NCBI GenBank assembly: GCA_965224245.1
Contig: OZ245046.1
Location: 5,728,001 to 5,792,000, forward strand
Length of the DNA: 64,000 bases
DNA from: Candidatus Eiseniibacteriota bacterium
Lineage (GTDB): Bacteria; Eisenbacteria; RBG-16-71-46; CAZAMP01
Direction of reading: 5' to 3'
Below are positions 50,993 to 61,425 of the stretch, piece after piece (the stretch's first letter is position 1; each line of letters opens with the position of its first letter). The position numbers and the translations under genes are program-made. A model generated the notes under the pieces. It did no database searches. It was not told the origin of the DNA and saw only the letters and a list, made by a program, of their open reading frames with translations.

Positions 50993-53407
50993 CTATTGCG
51001 CCGGCGTCGAGGCGAGACCCTCGGCGCCGGTCGGTCGGGGTCCGCGGCCGAGCCGCTGCAGGTACGCGATGATGGCCGTCATCTCGCTGTCGGGCGCGAT
51101 CGTGACGCCCTGCTCCTCGAGGTCGGCCGCGATCAGCTGGCCCTGGGAGCGTGCGACCTCGGCTGCCGTCGACACGTCCGACTCGGTGTAGGGAACGCCG
51201 AGCGTCTTCATCACCGACAGCTTCGTCGCCGTCCTGGAGAGGTCCACCGTCCGATCCCGCATGAACGCGTAGTCCGGCATGTTGGATCCCGGCGACGTGG
51301 ACCGCGGGTCCATCATGTGCTGATAGTGCCACAGGTTCGGATAACGACCCCCGACGCGATGGAGATCGGGACCGGTGCGCTTGGATCCGAACTGGAACGG
51401 TCGATCGTAGATCGACTCCTCGAGCCGCGTGTACTCGCCGTAGCGCAGCGTCTCGAACCGGAACGGCCGCACCATCTGACTGTGGCAGCTGTAGCAGCCC
51501 TCGCGCACGTAGATGTCGCGTCCCTCGAGCTCCAGGGGGCTGTACGGCTGCTGCGTCCACCTGGACTCGGTCATCGGGATGTAGGTTCGCTCGGGCTCGC
51601 CCTGCTCGTTCGTGACCACGGTGGCCACCATCGGCACCTCTTTCTCGATCACGATGCTCGGGAGCAGCTCGGCCAGTCCGCCGATCAGGATCGCAACCAG
51701 AACGAGCAGCGTGAAGATCAAGGATCGCCCCTCGAGAAGCCGATGCCACGACTCGGAGACCGGCGTCTCACGGCTGACGAGCATGTACGTGAGCGCCACG
51801 TACCCCAGAGCGAACGCGATCATGACCGCCGCCGTGAGGGGCGTTGCCAGGCCGAGAGCCAGGAGCACGACCATGCCGAGCAGGGACAGCACGACCGGGG
51901 CGCCCTTCAGGAGGCTCCAGCTCGAGCGGGCCGGCGCGACCTCCGCGATCGCCTTCGGGACCTTGACGGTGCCGTTCACCGGGGCGCCGGCCGCGATCGT
52001 CGAGAACAGGTTCACGGCCATCAGCACGAAGCCGCCGAGGTACAGGAGTCCGCCGATGAGTCGCATGTGATACAGCATGCGTGAGGCCAGAAGACCCTCG
52101 ACGAAGTCGGGGTACTTGAGGAAGCCCTCCTCGTTCAGCGCACGCCAGTAGAGACCGGAGTTGATGCCGCTGGTCCACATCGCGACCACGTAGAACAGGA
52201 TCCCGAACGTGGCCACCCAGAAGTGGACCTCCGCCATCCGCATCGACTTGAGCGGCACGTTCCAGAGCCGCGGCACGATCCAGTACAGCATGCCGGCGGC
52301 CATGAGGCCGTTCCAGCCCAGCGCGCCCGCGTGCACGTGAGCGATGATCCAGTCGGTGTAGTGGGCCAGACCGTTGACGGCCTTGATCGACAGGAGCGGG
52401 CCCTCGAACGTGGACATGCCGTAGAACGTGATCGCCACCACGAAGAACTTGATCACGGGGTCGGTCCGGAGCTTGTCCCAGGCCCCGCGCAGCGTCAGGA
52501 GACCGTTCAGCATGCCGCCCCACGACGGCGCCCACAGCATCAGGCTGAACACCATGCCCAGGGTCTGGGCCCAGTCGGGCAGCGACGTGTTCAGGAGATG
52601 GTGGGGACCGGCCCAGATGTACACGAAGATCAGCGCCCAGAAGTGCACGATGGACAGGCGGTACGAGTAGACGGGCCGTCCGGCCGCCTTGGGGATGAAG
52701 TAGTACATGATGCCGAGAATCGGCGTGGTCAGGAAGAAGCCGACCGCGTTGTGCCCGTACCACCACTGCACGAGGGCTTCCTGGACGCCGGCGTACACCG
52801 GGTACGAGTGGAAGAAGCCGGTGGGGATCACCAGGTTCCGCACGATGTGGAGCACCGCGATCGTCACGAACGTCGCGATGTAGAACCACAAGGCCACGTA
52901 GAGGTTGGGCTCGTTCCGGCGCGCAAGCGTCCAGAAGAAGTTCACGGAGTACGCGACCCAGACCACCGCGATCGCGATGTCGATCGGCCAGATCAGCTCG
53001 GCGTACTCCTTGCCCTGGGTCATGCCGAGGGGAAGCGTGAGGGCGGCCGCCACGATGATCAGCTGCCATCCCCAGAACGAGAACCAGCTCAGGAACGAGG
53101 ACGCCAGGCGCTGCTTCACCAGGCGCTGGGTCGAGTAGCCGATGCCGGCGAACATCATGTTGCCCACGAACGCGAAGATCGCGGCGTTCGTGTGCAGGGG
53201 GCGCAGGCGCCCGAAGCTGAGCCACTCCAGACCGAAGCTCATCTTGAACCACGTGAGCTGGCTGGCGATGAGCGCCCCCAGCCCCAGGGCCACGATGCCC
53301 CACACGATGGTCGCGATCACGTACGCGCGGGTGATGGCGTCGTCGTAGACGATCTCCTCGTGGTCGTGCGAGCGCATCTCGGCGCCCACCGTTTGCGCCG
53401 TCGTCAT
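50993..53407 (-). CDS. ccoN: Fused cbb3 oxidase subunits I and II (CcoNO)
   Basis: GRLRPLHTNA, WWYGHNAV, WAGPHHL and HVH; then EGCYSCHSQMVRP and GSKRTGPDL. Confidence 0.96.
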   Translation of the reverse strand: MTTAQTVGAEMRSHDHEEIVYDDAITRAYVIATIVWGIVALGLGALIASQLTWFKMSFGLEWLSFGRLRPLHTNAAIFAFVGNMMFAGIGYSTQRLVKQRLASSFLSWFSFWGWQLIIVAAALTLPLGMTQGKEYAELIWPIDIAIAVVWVAYSVNFFWTLARRNEPNLYVALWFYIATFVTIAVLHIVRNLVIPTGFFHSYPVYAGVQEALVQWWYGHNAVGFFLTTPILGIMYYFIPKAAGRPVYSYRLSIVHFWALIFVYIWAGPHHLLNTSLPDWAQTLGMVFSLMLWAPSWGGMLNGLLTLRGAWDKLRTDPVIKFFVVAITFYGMSTFEGPLLSIKAVNGLAHYTDWIIAHVHAGALGWNGLMAAGMLYWIVPRLWNVPLKSMRMAEVHFWVATFGILFYVVAMWTSGINSGLYWRALNEEGFLKYPDFVEGLLASRMLYHMRLIGGLLYLGGFVLMAVNLFSTIAAGAPVNGTVKVPKAIAEVAPARSSWSLLKGAPVVLSLLGMVVLLALGLATPLTAAVMIAFALGYVALTYMLVSRETPVSESWHRLLEGRSLIFTLLVLVAILIGGLAELLPSIVIEKEVPMVATVVTNEQGEPERTYIPMTESRWTQQPYSPLELEGRDIYVREGCYSCHSQMVRPFRFETLRYGEYTRLEESIYDRPFQFGSKRTGPDLHRVGGRYPNLWHYQHMMDPRSTSPGSNMPDYAFMRDRTVDLSRTATKLSVMKTLGVPYTESDVSTAAEVARSQGQLIAADLEEQGVTIAPDSEMTAIIAYLQRLGRGPRPTGAEGLASTPAQ

Positions 53408-53613
53408 TCCCCGGCCCCCTTTCCCTCGGTCGCGGGTCGAAGACGCTGCGCTCGCGGGTCGCGCGCGCGCGTGTCGTCGTCCCCTTCGAGTGGCAGCAAC
53501 GACAGGCGGTCCGCGTGTTCGTAGTCGCCGGCACCGATGCTCCGGAGCAGGAGCACGATCGCTCCCACCAGAAGCGCGAGACTGATGAGAATGAGCACGA
53601 TCAGAATGTCCAT
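53404..53613 (-). CDS. ccoS: cbb3 oxidase assembly protein
   Basis: TM helix followed by GDYEH; position between ccoI and ccoN. Confidence 0.85.
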   Translation of the reverse strand: MDILIVLILISLALLVGAIVLLLRSIGAGDYEHADRLSLLPLEGDDDTRARDPRAQRLRPATEGKGAGE

Positions 53614-56072
53614 CTACGTCGTTTCCCCGTGAGTAGCCAGACCGCCACCGAGACCACGGTGACGGAGCTGAGTGGCATCAAGATCGCCGCGCCCACCGGC
53701 GTGACTCGACCGAGACACGCCAGCGAGACCGCGACGAGGTTGTACGTGACGGCGAGTGCGAGCAGAAGCGCGATCGTCCGCCGGAGCTGCCGCGCGGCGA
53801 CCAGCGATCGCCGCACCGCCGAGATGCCGTGCCCGACGAAGTACGCGTCGGCGCGCGCCGGCATCGCGGCATGGGTCGAGAGGGGCGCCATCGTGACCGA
53901 CGCGGCGCCGAAGCCGAGCGCGTCGTTGATGCCGTCCCCGACCATCATCGTGTGATCGCGTCCGAGGTCGCCGACGCGGTGGGCCTTGTCCTCGGGCGCG
54001 AGCGTCCCCGCGACGTTCGCGGCGGGAATGCCGAGCGACCTGGCGATCTCCTCGGTGCGGGAGGCCGCATCCCCGCTGAACAGGTACGTCTCGTAGCCGG
54101 ACGCCTGGAGGAGGGCGACCTCGTCCACGGCGTCGGTGCGAAGCTCCTCGTCGAGGTCGAACGAGGCGATCGTTCGCTCGTCGCACGAGAAGCGTACGCG
54201 GGCGCCGCCGCTGGACATGCTCGTTCCCACGCGACCGAGGCGATACGTGCCGGCGTTGGTCACCCACCGAACGCCTTCACCCTCGATCTCCTCCACGCGG
54301 AGGTCGTCCATCGGCGGGACCTCGGGATCGGCGGCGAGGCCACCGCTGCCCGCGGCGTGCGCGATGGCGAGGCTCACCGGGTGGTTGCTGCGGGACGCCA
54401 GGGCGACGAGGGCGGCACGGCCGGGTGCGCCGAGCGCGTCCAGCGCGCGGCGGCTCGCCGGTGTCAACGTCATGGACGTGCCCGTCATCGTGCCGGTCTT
54501 GTCGAAGACGACGTTCCGGATCGCCACCGCGCGATCGAAGAAACCGAAGCGGCGCACGTACACCCCGACCCGGCGAAGCCCCAGCGACGTGAGCTCGCGT
54601 GCCATCGGGATGGCGAGACCGATCGCGCACGGGCAGCTCACGACGAGCACGGCCACGGTCACCGGGACCACCCGCGCCGGATCGGCGAACGCCCAGGCGA
54701 CCGCGGTCAGCGCGGCCACGCTCAGGACCGATGCGACGTACCAGGCGGAGACGCGATGCCACCACGGATCGCGTCGCGCGGCCGAGGCCGGGGTTCCGGT
54801 GTCCGGACCCCCATCGGCCGGTGCGTCCTCGATCGGCACGAGGAGATCGGCCAGGCGCGAGGCCGCGAAGGGCTCCTCGGCGATCAGTGTGATCGGGGTT
54901 CGGTCGGCGTTGAAGGCACCGGCGGGCAGTCGCGCGCCGGCCGCGAACGCGATCGGCTCGGACTCGCCGGTGATCCAGTCCAGCGAGACGACGGCCGGTC
55001 GCCCGGTTCGCCCGGCGACCGGCACGAGGTCACCCGGCACGATCACGAGCGTGTCGCCCAGCGCAACCGATTCCACCGGGATGGTCTGGAGATCCCCCGC
55101 GGGCTCGGCGTCGGACGCGCGTGGCGCGCGGCGCGTCATCAGGTGATCGACGCCGCTCTCCTCGAGGATCAGCCGGCGATTGCGAGCCAGGACGTGCTCC
55201 TGGAGCCAGCGACCGACGATCATCAGGGCGACGAAGATCGCCACGGTGTCGAAGTAGGTGGCGCCCGGCCCGTCCTGGAGATACACCACCGTGGATCCCG
55301 TGAACGCGAGCGCGATGCCGAGCGCGATCGGCAGGTCGAGGTGCAGCGCGCGGTGACGCAGCGACGCGATCGCGGTCCGGAGGATCGGGGTGCCGCCGGC
55401 CACGATCGTCACCGCGGTCAACGCGAACGCGACCGCGCCGATCACGTGATGCAGCATGCCGGAGTCGGCGGTCAGGCCGAGGTGGAACGTGAGCATGAAC
55501 ACCATCACGTTGAGCGCGGCCGCGACCGAGATCCCCATCCGGATCAGGAGCGCGCGGTCGGATCCGGTGCGCTCACGGGTGCTCGGGCCGAAGCGGTATC
55601 CGAAGCGTGCGGCCTCGCGGAGGAAGATCGCGAGGTCGAACGTGTCCGCGTTCCAGGAGGCCTCGGCGGTGCCGCGGGCCGGGTTGATCCGGAGCGAGAG
55701 GGCACCGTCGTGACGCCGGTAGAGCGTGTCGAGGAGCCACACGCACGCCGCGCAGTGGACCCCCTGGACGTCGAGTGTCGCCCTGGCGCGGCCACCGTCC
55801 GGCGACCGGGTGATCGCGGCCTCCAGCCACGCGTGACTCTCGGCCGCGGACGGGGTCGGCGGAGCCGTGGTGGTGGGCTTCAGGTCGTAGTAGCGATCGA
55901 GACCCTCGGCGTGAATCAGATCGTGCACGAACTCGCAGCCCGAGCAGCAGAACCGCTTGCCGTCGCGGCGCTGGGTGGCCGTGAGGTCGAGACCGCAGTG
56001 CGCGCAGTGGGTGGCGGTCGACCCGGGGGGATCGGTCGCGCGGGCGCCGTCGCTCGCGAGGAGGGCTACCAC
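53601..56072 (-). CDS. ccoI: Heavy-metal P1B-type ATPase CcoI/FixI
   Basis: CAHCG, FCCSGC, HCAAC, TGES, CPC, DKTGT and GDGIND motifs. Confidence 0.92.
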   Translation of the reverse strand: MVALLASDGARATDPPGSTATHCAHCGLDLTATQRRDGKRFCCSGCEFVHDLIHAEGLDRYYDLKPTTTAPPTPSAAESHAWLEAAITRSPDGGRARATLDVQGVHCAACVWLLDTLYRRHDGALSLRINPARGTAEASWNADTFDLAIFLREAARFGYRFGPSTRERTGSDRALLIRMGISVAAALNVMVFMLTFHLGLTADSGMLHHVIGAVAFALTAVTIVAGGTPILRTAIASLRHRALHLDLPIALGIALAFTGSTVVYLQDGPGATYFDTVAIFVALMIVGRWLQEHVLARNRRLILEESGVDHLMTRRAPRASDAEPAGDLQTIPVESVALGDTLVIVPGDLVPVAGRTGRPAVVSLDWITGESEPIAFAAGARLPAGAFNADRTPITLIAEEPFAASRLADLLVPIEDAPADGGPDTGTPASAARRDPWWHRVSAWYVASVLSVAALTAVAWAFADPARVVPVTVAVLVVSCPCAIGLAIPMARELTSLGLRRVGVYVRRFGFFDRAVAIRNVVFDKTGTMTGTSMTLTPASRRALDALGAPGRAALVALASRSNHPVSLAIAHAAGSGGLAADPEVPPMDDLRVEEIEGEGVRWVTNAGTYRLGRVGTSMSSGGARVRFSCDERTIASFDLDEELRTDAVDEVALLQASGYETYLFSGDAASRTEEIARSLGIPAANVAGTLAPEDKAHRVGDLGRDHTMMVGDGINDALGFGAASVTMAPLSTHAAMPARADAYFVGHGISAVRRSLVAARQLRRTIALLLALAVTYNLVAVSLACLGRVTPVGAAILMPLSSVTVVSVAVWLLTGKRRRWTF

Positions 56073-56812
56073 AACATCACCTTCCCCAGCATCACGTGGT
56101 CGAGCGCGCCCAAGGAGGCCAGACCGCGAAGGCCCATCTGGATGCCCGTGACCACGACGACCGCCGCCCCGATGCGCTGTGCGTGCGCGAGGCGGTGCAT
56201 CGGCAGACGGCGGACACCCACCGAGAGCACCACGAGCGCGGGCAGCGTCCCGAGTCCATAGGCGAGCATGGCAGCCGCGCCCCGGATCGGGCCGGCCGCG
56301 GCTCCGGCCGCGATCGCGGCCGCCAGCACCGGCCCGCAGGGCAGAAAGCCGTTCACCACACCGACCGGGAAGTCTCCGCGGCGCATGGCGCCGCGGAAGA
56401 GGACCTGGATGAGCCCCCTTGGACGCGTCCGGGTCGTGACCGCGCCGATCGGCGGCACGAACCGCACGCCGAGTAGCTCCAGGCCCAGGGCGATCACGGC
56501 GGCCCCGCAGGCCACCGAGAGCGCGCCCTGTCCGGAGGGTCCGATGCCCCGGAGCCCGAACATGCTGACCAGGCCGAAGAACGCGCCGATGACCGCGTAG
56601 GAGAGAAGTCGCCCGGAGTGGTAGGCGCCGAGCCGCCGCGCGAGGGAGCCACGCTCGGGGTCACGTGCGCCGAAGACGACGCCGACCAGCGGTCCGCACA
56701 TGCCGGTACAGTGCCCGACGCTGATCGTGAGACCGGCGAGAAAGAGCAGCGCGAGATCCGCGGGCGAGCCGGAGCCGGCGGGCGGGGTCGCACAGCATGC
56801 ATCACCGATCAT
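56066..56812 (-). CDS. DsbD_2 / TauE-SafE-like membrane protein (cbb3 assembly)
   Basis: HCTGMCGP, YHSGRLLSY, GFLPCG and GLGTLP motifs. Confidence 0.88.
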   Translation of the reverse strand: MIGDACCATPPAGSGSPADLALLFLAGLTISVGHCTGMCGPLVGVVFGARDPERGSLARRLGAYHSGRLLSYAVIGAFFGLVSMFGLRGIGPSGQGALSVACGAAVIALGLELLGVRFVPPIGAVTTRTRPRGLIQVLFRGAMRRGDFPVGVVNGFLPCGPVLAAAIAAGAAAGPIRGAAAMLAYGLGTLPALVVLSVGVRRLPMHRLAHAQRIGAAVVVVTGIQMGLRGLASLGALDHVMLGKVMLW

Positions 56813-57024
56813 GCGATCTCGGCTCCTCGAAATGGGCAAGGGTAATCGGGTTGGAGGACGGAGGGAAGATCAGGGATCCTGGGGGTGCCCGGCGATCCGG
56901 GGTTTCCGAAGCCGTGGGTACGGGAATGCCGAACGGTGTGTTATTTGTTGTCATAAAATGAGTTACAGGACGGGAAGGATCCTGGCCGACGCGCCGGCCG
57001 GCCGGGCACGGAAGGAGTCGTCGA

Positions 57025-57378
57025 GTGGCGCAACAGTGGATCATGATCGCCGGACCCTACACCACGGGGGCGGAGTCCCCCTACGATCGGGCGCGCAATC
57101 TCCACGCTCTGAACGTGGCGGCTCACCAGATCTTCCAGAAGGGACACGTCCCCATCGTCGGCGTGAACCTCGTGCTTCCGATCATCGATGCCGCGGGGCC
57201 GGCGAGCGAGGCCGAGCTGATGATGCCGCTGTCGCTGGCGGCGGCGGGGCGGTGCGACGCGGTGCTCCGGATCGGCGGGGAGTCCGCCGGCGCCGACGCG
57301 GAGGTCGACGTCATCCTGGCCCGAGGGGGACGCGTCTACCGGTCGGTGGACGAGATCCCGGCCGCGGAAGCGCCGTGA
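57025..57378 (+). CDS. DUF4406-like small protein
   Basis: IAGPYT and CDAVLRIGGES.GAD.E motifs. Confidence 0.75.
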   Translation: MAQQWIMIAGPYTTGAESPYDRARNLHALNVAAHQIFQKGHVPIVGVNLVLPIIDAAGPASEAELMMPLSLAAAGRCDAVLRIGGESAGADAEVDVILARGGRVYRSVDEIPAAEAP

Positions 57379-59093
57379 CCGCCGCGACCCGCGCCCGCGC
57401 GGTCGCGGGGCTCTGGCTGTGTCTGACGATGACCGGTCCCGCGGGGAGCCATCCCGAGGGTCCGGCCCAGACTCGGTCGAGCGCCCCAATCGCGCGGCGT
57501 CCGGCGCCGACTCCGGTCGCGGGCCTCCGGGGAAGGGCCGTCGTCCCCGAGGGCGCGGAGTCGACCGCCCCGGTGCTCGTCCTGCGGGGACCGTATCTCC
57601 AGTCCGGTGCGCCCGACCACGTGACGGTCCTCTGGAGGACCGACCTCGACACCGACGGCGTCGTGCGCTATGGCCTCGCCCCGGAGAGCCTCAGCGAGAG
57701 GGTCGGCGAGGGTTTCGTCGGCGCCGACCACGCGGTCGTCGTCGCGGGCCTCTCGCCGGGTACGCGGTACTTCTACTCGGTCGGGACGCCCGACGCGACG
57801 ATCGCCGGCGGCGACTCCACGTACACGTTCGTGACGGCACCGGTCCCCGGCCGTCGCCAGGCGACGAGGGTCTGGGTGATCGGAGACTCCGGGCAGCCGG
57901 GAGCCGGCCAGAGGGCCGTCCGCGATGCCTACCGCGCCTTCACGGGGGATCGCGGCACGGACCTGTGGCTCATGCTGGGCGACAACGCCTACACCACCGG
58001 AACCGACGCCGAGTACCAGGCCGGGGTGTTCGACGCGTATCCGGAGCTCCTCCGTCGCACCGTGCTGTGGCCGGCGCGCGGCAACCACGACCTGCGTCAC
58101 GGTGGGGCCCACGACGACTACTACGAGATCTTCACGTTGCCCACCCTGGGGGAGTGCGGCGGCGTCGCCTCGGGAACCGAGGCGTACTACGCCTTCGACC
58201 ACGCCAACGTCCACTTCGTCTGTCTCGACTCCTTCGAGAGCAGCCGACTACCCGGGAGCCCGATGCTCACCTGGCTGGCCCAGGATCTGGCCGCCAACCT
58301 CCAGGACTGGACGATCGCGTTCTGGCACCACCCTCCGTACTCGAAGGGATCGCACGACTCGGACACCGAGGCCGCGCTCGTGGAGATGCGCGAGTACGCG
58401 CTTCCGATCCTCGAAGAGGGCGGGGTGGATCTCGTTCTGTGCGGACACAGCCACTCCTACGAGCGATCGTTCCTGCTCGACGCCCACTACGGTCACTCGA
58501 GCACGCTGGTGGACTCGAACCGGGTGGACGACGGCGACGGCCGCGAGCCCGGAGACGGCGCGTACGAGAAGCCCTCGTCCGGGCCCGCGCCCCACGAGGG
58601 CTGCGTCTATGCCGTCGCCGGGAGCTCGTCCAGGCTGGGCGGTGGGGATCTCGACCATCCGGTCATGGTGGCGTCGATGAACGTGCTCGGCTCGCTGGTG
58701 ATCGACGTCGACGGCGAACGGCTCGACGCGCGATTCCTGGACGACGCCGGTGCGGTCCGGGACGCGTTCTCGATCCGCAAGGGTGACGAGGTCCCGACCC
58801 TGGCCTGGTCCGACGCCGAGCCCCCCGTCGCGGGGGTGGCCCTCGACGTGGGGCCGGTCTCCAGCACGTCGGTCGTCGGCTTCACGTATGCGCTGCCCCG
58901 CGAGATGTCGGTCCGGCTGGACGTGTACGACGTTGCGGGACGGCGAGTGGCCACCCTGGTCGACACCCGCGAGGGCCCCGGCGTTCACACCGTGGGATGG
59001 AGCGCGGGCGTCGGGCGGGGGTCGGGGCTCTACTTCGCCCGCCTCGTCGCGGACGGGAACCTCGTCACCCGCCGCGTGCTGGTGATCGGGTGA
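57375..59093 (+). CDS. Exported purple acid phosphatase-like metallophosphoesterase with FN3 and T9SS/FlgD-like CTD
   Basis: RGPYLQ, GDSG, LGDNAY, GNHD, HHPPY and GHSHSYERS; tail VYDVAGRRVATL...SGLYFARL. Confidence 0.88.
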   Translation: MTAATRARAVAGLWLCLTMTGPAGSHPEGPAQTRSSAPIARRPAPTPVAGLRGRAVVPEGAESTAPVLVLRGPYLQSGAPDHVTVLWRTDLDTDGVVRYGLAPESLSERVGEGFVGADHAVVVAGLSPGTRYFYSVGTPDATIAGGDSTYTFVTAPVPGRRQATRVWVIGDSGQPGAGQRAVRDAYRAFTGDRGTDLWLMLGDNAYTTGTDAEYQAGVFDAYPELLRRTVLWPARGNHDLRHGGAHDDYYEIFTLPTLGECGGVASGTEAYYAFDHANVHFVCLDSFESSRLPGSPMLTWLAQDLAANLQDWTIAFWHHPPYSKGSHDSDTEAALVEMREYALPILEEGGVDLVLCGHSHSYERSFLLDAHYGHSSTLVDSNRVDDGDGREPGDGAYEKPSSGPAPHEGCVYAVAGSSSRLGGGDLDHPVMVASMNVLGSLVIDVDGERLDARFLDDAGAVRDAFSIRKGDEVPTLAWSDAEPPVAGVALDVGPVSSTSVVGFTYALPREMSVRLDVYDVAGRRVATLVDTREGPGVHTVGWSAGVGRGSGLYFARLVADGNLVTRRVLVIG

Positions 59094-59135
59094 CCCGGAC
59101 GGCGCCGTGCGAGGAGGCGCCGTGGCCGGCGAGTC

Positions 59136-59708
59136 TCACGCCGGGTCGCTCGATCCCCGCGGGTCGAGAGCCAGCCCGGGCAGTCCGTCCAGGCTCGTCC
59201 GGTTGTGCGTTGCCTTGTACTCGGCGACGGCCTCGGGGCTCTTGGACGCCGCGTAGCGCGTGATCTGGTCGCGGTCGCCGTCGAACGCGTAGCGCGGAAC
59301 GCCGAACCCGCACGAGTCGGCGATCCGCGCCACGTCGAGCGTGATGATGGCGCGCGCCGCGTCGTGGGAGATGAAGCGCGGGGCGAGCTCCTCGTAGCCG
59401 GATGTTCCGGGCTCGTGCACGTGTCCCGTGCCATGGAGGCGGACGATCTTCGGCGGTCCCTCGAACGCGCAGAACATGATCGTCAGACGGCCGTTCTCGC
59501 GCACGTGCGCGATCGTCTCGATCCCGCTGCCCACGAGATCCAGGTAGCCTACCTCTCTCGGTCCGAGGACCCGGAACGCGTCGAGCCCCTTGGGCGACAC
59601 GTTCACCAGACCGTCGCCGGAGAGCGGCGCCGTCGCGACGAAGAACATGTGCTGAGCCTCGATGAACGCGCGAAGCCGGTCGTCGATGCCGTCGTACGTC
59701 TTGCCCAC
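59136..59708 (-). CDS. Pyridoxamine 5'-phosphate oxidase family FMN-binding protein
   Basis: FFVATAP, NVSPKG, GSGIET, FCAFEGPP and SCGFGVP motifs. Confidence 0.9.
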   Translation of the reverse strand: MGKTYDGIDDRLRAFIEAQHMFFVATAPLSGDGLVNVSPKGLDAFRVLGPREVGYLDLVGSGIETIAHVRENGRLTIMFCAFEGPPKIVRLHGTGHVHEPGTSGYEELAPRFISHDAARAIITLDVARIADSCGFGVPRYAFDGDRDQITRYAASKSPEAVAEYKATHNRTSLDGLPGLALDPRGSSDPA

Positions 59709-59876
59709 GCTTGCTCCCTCCCTCCAAACCCGGTGCTGCTCGGGCCGTGAGCCGGGATCATCGGCCACGGCGGGAATGGCGCGCCACCCAAAACGAGGGC
59801 CGGCATGTACAATGCCGGGATCTCATCGTGGGGTGACGCGCAACGGCCGGCCACGAACAACGTGCTGGAGTCGTCG

Positions 59877-60485
59877 ATGACGAACGAAGCCAGGGTCTTT
59901 CTGATCGGCGGCGCGCCCGGCGTGGGAAAGACCACGCTCGGGCGCGCGCTCGGCGCACGGCTGGGCATCTCGTCGGTGAGCATCGACGACCTCATGACCG
60001 TGGCCCAGACGGTGACGACCCGCGAGACACATCCCGGGCTCCACGCGATGCGGAGGGTGCCGTCTCGGAAGTACTTCACCGACAGCACGCTCGACACGTT
60101 GCAGCGCGACGCCGACGCGCAGCACGCGGCGTGCTGGCCGTTCGTCGAGGCCGTCGTCGTGAAGCACGCCACGTGGGACCCGTCGTCCATCGTGATCGAT
60201 GGATGGTACCTGCGGCCCGAACGGGTGGCGACGCTGGAGCTCGACAGCGTGAGCGCATGCTGGATCGTCGCCTCACCGTCGGTGATCGAGGCGCGAGAGC
60301 GGGCCAACACCGCGTGGCTCGAGGGCTCGGCGGATCCCGCGCGCATGCTGGAGAACTTCATCGCGCGGAGCCTCTGGTTCAACCAGCGGATCGGTGATGA
60401 GGCGAGGGCGCTGGGAATGCGAGTGCTTCTCCAGCCCGGCGACGTCCCCGTGGACGAGCTGTGCCGGCAGGTCCTGTCGGGGTAG
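59877..60485 (+). CDS. P-loop small-molecule kinase family protein
   Basis: IGGAPGVGKTT Walker A; DDL; VIDG. Confidence 0.75.
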   Translation: MTNEARVFLIGGAPGVGKTTLGRALGARLGISSVSIDDLMTVAQTVTTRETHPGLHAMRRVPSRKYFTDSTLDTLQRDADAQHAACWPFVEAVVVKHATWDPSSIVIDGWYLRPERVATLELDSVSACWIVASPSVIEARERANTAWLEGSADPARMLENFIARSLWFNQRIGDEARALGMRVLLQPGDVPVDELCRQVLSG

Positions 60486-60514
60486 GCGAAACGCATGGCG
60501 GAACGGGGGGCTCG

Positions 60515-61243
60515 ATGACCGACGCGACCGGGGGCCACATCGTCGCCATGGGCGGCGGCGGCTTCTCGATGGAGCCCGACAACCCGCGACTCGACGACTT
60601 CGTGCTGTCACTGGCCCGTCGCCGGCCGGCTCGCGTGTGCTTCCTCCCGACCGCCAGCGCCGAGTCCCCGGCCTACGTGGCGAAGTTCTACCGCGCCTTC
60701 TCCGGCCGCTGCACACCGACCGATCTGACGCTCTTCGACTCGTTGCTGCTGCCGAGGAGACCCCCGAGAACCGAGGATCTGGAGGACTTCGTGATGGAGC
60801 AGGACGTCTTCTACGTCGGGGGCGGCAACACCGCCAACCTGCTCGCGATCTGGCGGACCCACGGTCTCGATTCCTTGCTGGTCGACGCGTGGAAGGCGGG
60901 CGCGGTCCTCGCCGGACTCAGCGCGGGCATGATCTGCTGGTTCGAAGGCGGGCTCACCGACTCGTTCGGGGGCCTGGAGATGCTGGACGACGGGCTCGGC
61001 CTGATCCCGGGGACCGCGTGCCCGCACTACGACGGCGAGCCCGAGCGACGGGTCGCCTATCGCCGGTTCGTCGCGAACGGGGCGCCGGCGGGACACGCGG
61101 CGGATGACGGCGCGGCCCTCCACTTCGAGGGGTCCCAGCTGTCGGAGGCCGTCGGCTCGCGGCCGACCGCGTCCGTATACCGGGTCGCGCTCGAGGACGG
61201 CGACGTGGTCGAGACTCCCCTTCCGGTTCGGGTCCTGACCTGA
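60515..61243 (+). CDS. Peptidase E (S51 family)
   Basis: FLPTAS, YVGGGNT, GLSAG and CPHYD motifs. Confidence 0.9.
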   Translation: MTDATGGHIVAMGGGGFSMEPDNPRLDDFVLSLARRRPARVCFLPTASAESPAYVAKFYRAFSGRCTPTDLTLFDSLLLPRRPPRTEDLEDFVMEQDVFYVGGGNTANLLAIWRTHGLDSLLVDAWKAGAVLAGLSAGMICWFEGGLTDSFGGLEMLDDGLGLIPGTACPHYDGEPERRVAYRRFVANGAPAGHAADDGAALHFEGSQLSEAVGSRPTASVYRVALEDGDVVETPLPVRVLT

Positions 61244-61425
61244 GTCCGCCCCCCCCGGTTACGGCCGCTTCCCCGGGCGATTCCGGGACGGGCGACGCCG
61301 GTGAGCCCCCACACACCGGGTTGACCGGCTCTCCACCGGGCAGGCACAGTGGTGCTCGAGCCCCGGACCGCCCTCGCGGGCGACGCCGCGATCGGCGCCG
61401 GCCCGCCATCACGCAGGAGGACGAC

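Noticed and set aside
56930-56970. AT-rich tract upstream of the cbb3 cluster as an FNR/FixK box
   Set aside because: TTGTCATAAAATGAG does not match TTGAT-N4-ATCAA, and no sigma54 site was found; it may be an IHF-like or other site.
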